Assembly (NCBI GenBank): GCA_947630305.1
Contig: CANRHC010000003.1
Location: 1-52,705 of the forward strand
From: an uncultured Bacilli bacterium
GTDB lineage: Bacteria > Bacillota_I > Bacilli_A > RF39 > UBA660
DNA length: 52,705 nt
Direction: 5' to 3'
Shown here: piece by piece, positions 46,077-52,705 of the stretch
Layout of the letters: every line of letters starts with the position of its first letter
Numbering within the stretch: position 1 is the first letter of the stretch
The notes under the pieces: model-generated
Told to the model about the DNA's origin: nothing
Databases searched by the model: none
The model's input: only the letters and a program-made list of their open reading frames with translations
Position numbers and translations under genes: made by a program

Positions 46077-46694
46077 TTACTTCTTTATAGGTTTAATATT
46101 AATTTTATTACCTATAACAATTCCACTAGCTGTATATGTTTCACCTTCAGGATCTAAGTCATGTTCTATAACTGGTAAAATAGTTATTTGTAAACCCATT
46201 CCCATAACAGTACAAGAATAAGCGGTTACTCGGCTTGTGATAAGCTGGTGAATAACTAATAAAATATTCATAGGAACTATTTCTCTTAATAATTCAACAA
46301 GAATATCAAGTTTAGTATTATTAGCTTCAGCTAAAGAAATAGTAAGTATTAAATCTTCAACCGTTAAGGTAAAACCGTCATAACCTAAAATACCCCCTAG
46401 TATTCTTCTTAATTGAATTTCAGAATAAGGGAGTTTAGCATTTAATTTAGCGATTACTCTATATCGGCGTTCTTCTAATGTATCTCTATGAGCTGGTGTA
46501 ATATTTAACAGCTCTTCAAATTTTGCTATTCCTTCTTCATTAGCTTCTTTTGGATATACATTTTTATTCCATTGATCTATATATTCATGAAGCTTTACAA
46601 ATTCAGGATCAATAGCCGCCGCTATTTCTTCATATTCTACATACTCTTTGAGAATATCATCCATCCAATCAAGAATACTAGGTATTTTACTCAT
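46077..46694 (-). CDS. Baseplate wedge protein (DUF2313/XkdU-like)
   Basis: GIAKFEELLNI...TLEERR, REIVPMN. Confidence 0.8.
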   Translation of the reverse strand: MSKIPSILDWMDDILKEYVEYEEIAAAIDPEFVKLHEYIDQWNKNVYPKEANEEGIAKFEELLNITPAHRDTLEERRYRVIAKLNAKLPYSEIQLRRILGGILGYDGFTLTVEDLILTISLAEANNTKLDILVELLREIVPMNILLVIHQLITSRVTAYSCTVMGMGLQITILPVIEHDLDPEGETYTASGIVIGNKINIKPIKK

Positions 46695-47820
46695 TTATCG
46701 CTTCCTTAAATACTGGTATTTCATCAAACTTAAGATTTATATCTTCATTAGAACCGTTAATTGATATTGAACCCTGAACATAATCATGAATACCAGGTAT
46801 ATTAAATAAAATACTACCGATTTTATTTATTTGAATTGAAATAAAGCGTTCATCATAATTCTTTTGAATTGATTCCTGATAATTGTTTGTATCACCCCAA
46901 GTTTTTATTAAATCAGTAAAATAGTTCTTAAACTGTTCTTCAACTTCATCTTTAACATCCCTATAAGAATAATCAGGATCAAAATCAAGTTGAAAGTTAA
47001 TTTTCAAGTCTATTCCTTTAGCACTTCTAACTAAAGTATCGTGGCCTATCGGAACAATACCAGTACCACAATTATCAATTTCAGGCGGTTCAGTTATATC
47101 TAAAGGCCTTAGAGTTTCTTGAACCTGTTCTACCAGTTCTTCACTAGCAACCCCAAAATTTGAATCAACTATAATTACATCAACACTCCCCTCACCTCTA
47201 GGACAACGGATAATTTTACAATCACCAACACCAGCTATAGCGTTAACTTCTTCAATATAATCTAAAGCATTACCGCCAAAAGCTTCACCAGCAATTGATT
47301 GAATAACACGTTTTCTAAATGTTTCAGTTTCTTCAACTTCTTCACCTGGTATTAAAAGAGCTGTAATATTAGCCGATCTAAAACCTTGTAAAGAAAAAAC
47401 TGGTAACAATTGGCCGAAAGTACGATTACCAATTGTACCAGCTTCTTCACATCTTAAGTTATATTTAACATTGTTTATCTTTTCTATAACAGTATAGAAT
47501 ATTTGATTGTAGGTAAATCTAGAACCTATTTCTATTTCAATACCTTCATCACAAATAAAATCAGCCTGAACTATAGCATAAGTAGCTGAATAAGGAACAA
47601 GGTTATAGGTATCAGCATGTTTTATTAAATGTTCTCTATCAGCTGTTGTTATAAAGGCGTTTTTAATAGTTTCTTCTAAGTCTTTATAAACAACTTCAAA
47701 TTCATTAGCGGCCGCCGCTAATGATTCCCATAATAAAGAACCTTCAGATTTATCAACATCATTTCTAGCTTTATTCATCATTTCTTCTAGAATGGTTAAA
47801 TAATCTTTATCTTCAAACAT
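46687..47820 (-). CDS. Baseplate J-like protein (XkdT)
   Basis: DKSEGS, CEEAGTIGN, FGGNALDY, GIVPIGH. Confidence 0.9.
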   Translation of the reverse strand: MFEDKDYLTILEEMMNKARNDVDKSEGSLLWESLAAAANEFEVVYKDLEETIKNAFITTADREHLIKHADTYNLVPYSATYAIVQADFICDEGIEIEIGSRFTYNQIFYTVIEKINNVKYNLRCEEAGTIGNRTFGQLLPVFSLQGFRSANITALLIPGEEVEETETFRKRVIQSIAGEAFGGNALDYIEEVNAIAGVGDCKIIRCPRGEGSVDVIIVDSNFGVASEELVEQVQETLRPLDITEPPEIDNCGTGIVPIGHDTLVRSAKGIDLKINFQLDFDPDYSYRDVKDEVEEQFKNYFTDLIKTWGDTNNYQESIQKNYDERFISIQINKIGSILFNIPGIHDYVQGSISINGSNEDINLKFDEIPVFKEAINE

Positions 47821-48235
47821 TTACCTGTCCCTCATAAGTAAATTCACCAAAACAAGAAGTTATTAAACAAGAAAATTTTAATATTCTGTTATGGTTTAAT
47901 TTTTCAAATTCAAAATCAGTAACGTTCAAGATTCTTTCATCCCAAGCTAAAGCATTTTTAATAGTATCAGGTAATTTAGCTTTTACTAAATCTGTATCCA
48001 TACCGAAAAACTTTTGAGCTTCAACACCAAAACCATTGGTATGAATAAAGCTACTTTTATTTTCAATATTTAAATGAATAAATACAGCCTGTTTTACAGC
48101 TTCTAGATCATCTATTAATTCACTGGTTACTCTTTTTTTGTCTTTATCTAATTTCCAAGTTTTAGAGGTTCTAATTTTTAAAGATAAATCTTCAGGATCA
48201 ATAAAACTAGCATTCCTTAAAGTTTCAGATAGCAT
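47813..48235 (-). CDS. Baseplate protein (DUF2634/XkdS, gp25-like)
   Basis: LEAVKQAV, AL.WDERI..V.DF. Confidence 0.8.
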   Translation of the reverse strand: MLSETLRNASFIDPEDLSLKIRTSKTWKLDKDKKRVTSELIDDLEAVKQAVFIHLNIENKSSFIHTNGFGVEAQKFFGMDTDLVKAKLPDTIKNALAWDERILNVTDFEFEKLNHNRILKFSCLITSCFGEFTYEGQVNV

Positions 48236-48534
48236 TATAACCTCCCTAAAACTAAGTACTTTTGTCCGCCTGGTTTTTGTAAAACTATAACTCTATCACC
48301 TGTTTTTAATGAATTGTCTATAGTTATTTGTCCTGAAACAGCCCCTGAAACATTAACAGTATAACTTTTTAATGATTCAGGAATAATACATAAACTTTCA
48401 GGAATAGGCCCTTGTGAATTATCTAATTGAATAGTTGTAGGTGAAGCCATAGTAGCAAAATAATAATTTGTAGGACGGGTACTACCAGTATATTGACTAA
48501 TTAATTTTTTTAATTTATTACCTGTATTACTCAT
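48235..48534 (-). CDS. Baseplate spike-like protein (DUF2577/XkdR)
   Basis: LKTGDRVIVL...GGQKYLVL. Confidence 0.8.
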   Translation of the reverse strand: MSNTGNKLKKLISQYTGSTRPTNYYFATMASPTTIQLDNSQGPIPESLCIIPESLKSYTVNVSGAVSGQITIDNSLKTGDRVIVLQKPGGQKYLVLGRL

Positions 48535-49583
48535 TCAGGAAAACTCCAATCAGGTGATCTATTATCCCAATCGTTAACCATTTTAATTAAGCTACAAGTT
48601 AAATCCATATCATGATAGCCAGCTTTAAAATGGTGTTTAACAGATTCTACTTTAAACCAACCCCTTATATATTCCATATTATCTTCACTATAAAAATCAG
48701 CTCTAATAGGTGTACCACCTCTAACAGTAATATCACCTTGACAACCTGTAACTGATAAACTTATTGAAGTTAAATCAATTTCATCTAGTAAATTTTGAGC
48801 TATAACAGTAGGATTTTCACCTTCTTGAACATTAACATTCTTATTTATTGTGCCAAAAATACTTTCTAAACCTTCATTTTTAACAATAGTATATTTCTTT
48901 TCAGCGTCCCCTTCATTACTCTTATTGACTTCTTCAACAGCTGTAACTTGAGTATAAATATCAGTATTATCTTCATCATAGCCATAGCCTGTTATATAAC
49001 CGCCTGAAGCTATAATATGAGATTCTTCAGCAAGCCATTTTTGCGAGTGAAAACATAAATTTCCACAGTCATCCCATAAATAAAAATATTTATTAGCATT
49101 TTGAGCTGTTAACTCTATAGCTTTATGAATAATATCTAGCCAAGTTGTTTCTTCAACTCTTACTGGTATCTGATATTCAGAATCCATTAAATGAGGGGGA
49201 TCAACCATAGCTAAATTATTTGCTTTAGCTACATAACTTACTACTTCAGTAGCTGTTTTATTTTCATATACGTAAGTTGTTTCAGATTTATTTAAAATGT
49301 GAATTTGATCGTATGCAGTTACTGAACACCACGGTCCTTCTTTATGAGTTTTTCTAATTTGTCCTAAAAACTGATTGTGTCCCCCATCTAGAACAAATTT
49401 AATTACATCCCCTCTTTCAGCTGTTATTTCATCTCGGTAAATATCACAAGTAAGAACTGAAGCTACATTAGGCTCTCTAGTAATATCCACGCTTTCTTTT
49501 ACAGCACAGTCATACCAAACACCAGTTGTGTGTTTCATAAGTTTAACTTTAATATCTTGTGAACCTATTGGATTTAAAGCCAT
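48531..49583 (-). CDS. Baseplate hub (XkdQ/YqbQ-like)
   Basis: VTAYDQ...L, YENKTA, YLWDDCG, V.SVKHHF. Confidence 0.8.
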   Translation of the reverse strand: MALNPIGSQDIKVKLMKHTTGVWYDCAVKESVDITREPNVASVLTCDIYRDEITAERGDVIKFVLDGGHNQFLGQIRKTHKEGPWCSVTAYDQIHILNKSETTYVYENKTATEVVSYVAKANNLAMVDPPHLMDSEYQIPVRVEETTWLDIIHKAIELTAQNANKYFYLWDDCGNLCFHSQKWLAEESHIIASGGYITGYGYDEDNTDIYTQVTAVEEVNKSNEGDAEKKYTIVKNEGLESIFGTINKNVNVQEGENPTVIAQNLLDEIDLTSISLSVTGCQGDITVRGGTPIRADFYSEDNMEYIRGWFKVESVKHHFKAGYHDMDLTCSLIKMVNDWDNRSPDWSFPE

Positions 49584-49598
49584 TTTGTAGCCCCCTAA

Positions 49599-50231
49599 CT
49601 AAGTTGTAGTACCATTTTGCAAGCTTTCCCACTCTTTACGGCGTGAAGCTAAATGTTCAGCTCTTTCTAAATCTTCAGCTGTAGCTGTACCAACAGCCTG
49701 TTGAACAGCCCCTTTTATTTCAGCACTCCATCCTGTCGCTTCACCAGCTACTAGTAAATGGTGTCTTTCTGATGAAGGTGAATAAGGTAATTCCTGATTC
49801 TTTTGAGGATGATATTCAACAAAAGTAACTGAAAAAGTATAATCATTTAAATCATCATAATCTTCTATATATGAATAATCTTGAAGTAAAACAGTAACAC
49901 AAGTAGAAGGCTGTCCATGAGTTCTAATAATAGTTAAACCTATGGGCTCTCTATCTTCTTTAATCTGCCATACTAAATCCGTATAATATCTAATTCCTTT
50001 TAAAGCGTCTTTAAAAGTAAAAGGATAAGCTTCTTTAGTAATAGAAAATTCAAATTTAAAAGTTTGAGCCCCATCTAATTGTGCTATTGTGAATGGTCTA
50101 CCATTAACAAGTTTTTCTTCTATTGTATTATCAGCATTACTGATAGTTATACTAGCAGGAGTTTGAGGGAGTAGAATATCTTCATCCTTAACTGTTAAAT
50201 ACACTTTATAAATATCTGATATAACGTTCAT
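49599..50231 (-). CDS. Tail tube initiator (XkdP-like, no obvious LysM)
   Basis: LLPQTPASI start; position after the tape measure. Confidence 0.65.
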   Translation of the reverse strand: MNVISDIYKVYLTVKDEDILLPQTPASITISNADNTIEEKLVNGRPFTIAQLDGAQTFKFEFSITKEAYPFTFKDALKGIRYYTDLVWQIKEDREPIGLTIIRTHGQPSTCVTVLLQDYSYIEDYDDLNDYTFSVTFVEYHPQKNQELPYSPSSERHHLLVAGEATGWSAEIKGAVQQAVGTATAEDLERAEHLASRRKEWESLQNGTTT

Positions 50232-50236
50232 CTATT

Positions 50237-52705
50237 CTACCCCACAGAAATTCCTTGCGGATCGTTGTATAAAATATCATCAATAACTTCACCCAACATA
50301 TTGCTGAATTTATCAATAGTGAAGTCTAAATCATCATTGTTATTAATTGTTCCTATCTCTACAGTTACATTAACAGGTGTGTTATTTATTACACCGCCTG
50401 TATTAACTCTATTAGTAGCTGTAGAACTTCTACCATCTATTAAGGCTCTAGATTCTTGGTTAGTAAATACTCTTTCACCACCATTAAACGCTACTAATTC
50501 AGCTCCGCTTTCACCTACCCATCTAACACCAGGTGTAGCTGAATAAGTACCTGTAGCATAACCGTACCAACCCCCTAAACGAGGATTAACAACATTGGCT
50601 ACAGAACCATATCGCTGGATCATATAATTTAACCCAGCGTAAATATTTGCAAGCGGATCGTAAATATTATTGCTTAAACTTGGATTTCTATAAGCGTTAA
50701 AGGTTGAACCGATTGTCTGTAATAAACCCCTGCTAGGATCGCCCATAGCGGCATTTGAATCCCAATCATTAATAGCATTAGGATTACCACCTGATTCATT
50801 TTCTATAGCGTATAAAACACCAGTAAGTAAACTAGCTGGTTGTCCTAACATAGCTAAAGCCTGAAGAACAACACTAGTCCATTGAGCAACGCCAGCTGAA
50901 GGATTATAAGCTATATTTCCTAAAGAGCTGTAAACACCAAGCCCTTTAGCCATGTTATAGGCATTTTGAATAGCTGAAACAATAGAAGCACCAGCTGATA
51001 TACTAGCCCCTTCAATATAAGGTTGAGGATCTATTCTGTTACCATTTTGGTGCATTTCAAAGTGTAAGTGAGGTCCTGTTGAATTACCTGTAGAACCTAC
51101 TAAACCTATTTGTGCGCCTTTTGGTACACTTTGTCCTACTTGAGCTAGTACTTGCGACATATGCCCGTAAGTAATATCAATACCATTACCTGAATCTATA
51201 ACAACAGCATTACCATAACCGCCATACCAACCAGCAGTAGTAACACTACCACCTAAAGCGGCCGCTATTGGTGTTCCTGTTGGTGCGGCTAAGTCAACAC
51301 CACCATGATTAGTAGAACCTATACCGCCTGGTGATTCTCTAGGACCGAACCATGAAGTTTGAGTTCCTAAAGTACCAATTAACGGATAAGTAATTTGTTG
51401 ATCTTGAGCACCACCGCCAGCTTGTTGAATTATTTCAGGATTTCTATTGTAGGCGTCAATAACTTTTAAAGTATCATCATCTAGATAAGCTACCAGTTCT
51501 TCAGGTCTAAACCGTCCTTCAGAAAAAGCGTTAACCATATCAGTTAAGATATTTTTAGCAAATTCAACAAGTTGTGAATCTGATAGCCCTTGAATGAAAC
51601 CTTCACCAGTCATTTGTCCATACCAGTAAGTTTCATCAGAAGGTGAATGAATACCTAAACCAGTTATAAAAGCCTGTTTAACAGCTTGAACTAGAGCATT
51701 AGTAGCATTAACAGCCCCCGCTCTTTGCGAGTTAATACCGTCAATGAAAGAAAGCATAGCGTTATTAGCACTATTCCTGAATATACCAGGCATAGTATTA
51801 ATAACAGCTGAAACATCAGTTACTAACCGTTGTGTAGCTGTTCTAGCACTAATAGCTAAAGCGTTTAGAATTAAAATTGTTTCAGTTGCTAAAGTACTCC
51901 AGGCGGTCAAATAAGCTAATGAAAGTTCACTAACTAAACCTAGAATATTAGCGTTCATAACTTCAACGCCAGCTATAACTAAACCAGCCATTGTTAAAAC
52001 TACTTGAACAGCGGCGTTTTGTAATTCAGTTAAAAGAATGATTGATTGATCTCTAAGAGTATTTAAGATAGCTTGGAATGTAGGAATTAAAGCTAATAGA
52101 GCTATACTAGTTTGCCCTACTAATTGTTGTATCTGAACAACAATTAGAGCTTGAAGCTGAATAAAATAAGCTTGTGCTACAGGAATAACACCAGCTAAAG
52201 AAGCACCCATTAACGCTGGTAATTGGCTGATATTAAAATTAATACCAGCTACCATATTAGCTGAATCTTGAATAACAATACTAGACATAGTAGTAAACAT
52301 TGTTATTCCTTGAGCTACAATAGCTGTATTACTATCTATAACTACTTGAAGAATATTGTTATAACCAGCTTGAACTTCAGCTTGTAATTGTGTTAATTGA
52401 GTTCTAGTAGCTTCTATTTGAGCGGTATAATCTACAATTTGTGTATCTTCTTCTTGACTACCACCACTAAAAATACCTGTTAACCAATTCCAAGCGTCAG
52501 TAGCCCATTGTTGAATACCGTCCCAAACAGCCCTTAATCCATCCCAAAAGCCTTGTAGTAGATTAGAACCAATTTCAGAAAAAACAGTAGAAGGTGAAGC
52601 TATACCAAATATGCTTTTAACACTATCAATAATCCAGCCAAAATTATCATTAAACCAGGTTACAATATTATTCCAAAAAGCCCCTAAACCAGCTAGAAAG
52701 CCTGA
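50237..52705 (-). CDS. Tape measure protein, C-terminal part, with M23 peptidase and lytic transglycosylase domains (5'-truncated)
   Basis: Frame open from 52705 (SGFLAGLGAFW...); Trp-periodic repeats, GIHSPS, HGGVDL/HLHFE, ESGGNPNAINDWDSN...GLLQ. Confidence 0.9.
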   Translation of the reverse strand, partial: SGFLAGLGAFWNNIVTWFNDNFGWIIDSVKSIFGIASPSTVFSEIGSNLLQGFWDGLRAVWDGIQQWATDAWNWLTGIFSGGSQEEDTQIVDYTAQIEATRTQLTQLQAEVQAGYNNILQVVIDSNTAIVAQGITMFTTMSSIVIQDSANMVAGINFNISQLPALMGASLAGVIPVAQAYFIQLQALIVVQIQQLVGQTSIALLALIPTFQAILNTLRDQSIILLTELQNAAVQVVLTMAGLVIAGVEVMNANILGLVSELSLAYLTAWSTLATETILILNALAISARTATQRLVTDVSAVINTMPGIFRNSANNAMLSFIDGINSQRAGAVNATNALVQAVKQAFITGLGIHSPSDETYWYGQMTGEGFIQGLSDSQLVEFAKNILTDMVNAFSEGRFRPEELVAYLDDDTLKVIDAYNRNPEIIQQAGGGAQDQQITYPLIGTLGTQTSWFGPRESPGGIGSTNHGGVDLAAPTGTPIAAALGGSVTTAGWYGGYGNAVVIDSGNGIDITYGHMSQVLAQVGQSVPKGAQIGLVGSTGNSTGPHLHFEMHQNGNRIDPQPYIEGASISAGASIVSAIQNAYNMAKGLGVYSSLGNIAYNPSAGVAQWTSVVLQALAMLGQPASLLTGVLYAIENESGGNPNAINDWDSNAAMGDPSRGLLQTIGSTFNAYRNPSLSNNIYDPLANIYAGLNYMIQRYGSVANVVNPRLGGWYGYATGTYSATPGVRWVGESGAELVAFNGGERVFTNQESRALIDGRSSTATNRVNTGGVINNTPVNVTVEIGTINNNDDLDFTIDKFSNMLGEVIDDILYNDPQGISVG

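Noticed and set aside
1460-50546. Shadow ORFs (1460, 3281, 7047, 7376, 23993, 25729, 26992, 35077, 39816, 40972, 50265)
   Set aside because: Antisense or off-frame inside well-supported genes.
1-52705. Second VR, tRNA genes, introns/inteins in pol or nrdJ
   Set aside because: None found by eye and the ORFs look uninterrupted; a self-alignment with TR and a tRNA scan would be needed to be sure.

Overview
Nearly complete (about 53 kb, AT-rich) temperate Firmicutes phage genome with a contractile PBSX/Xkd-type tail, linearised inside the tape-measure gene: its 5' end is at 1-191, its 3' part at 50237-52705, and some of the middle is missing. Almost all genes are on the minus strand. They comprise a replication block (PolA, SSB, Cas4-like nuclease, VirE primase/helicase, VRR-NUC, SNF2), nucleotide metabolism (ThyX-like, dCTP deaminase, class II RNR), an adenine methyltransferase, a fused small+large terminase, head, tail, baseplate and fibre genes, and lysis genes. 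The plus-strand island holds cI, a large serine integrase and an HTH gene followed by three genes, each with its own operator-bearing consensus promoter; this looks like an anti-defence regulon. The main feature is a compact diversity-generating retroelement (DGR) with no visible avd gene. Its 83-nt template repeat puts 20 of its 21 adenines in one (AAC)5-GGC-(AAC)4-AAT array, and the variable repeat in the tail-fibre gene is 12 nt (4 codons) shorter, which suggests loop-length as well as sequence diversification. All family assignments come from motif recognition by eye, not database searches.
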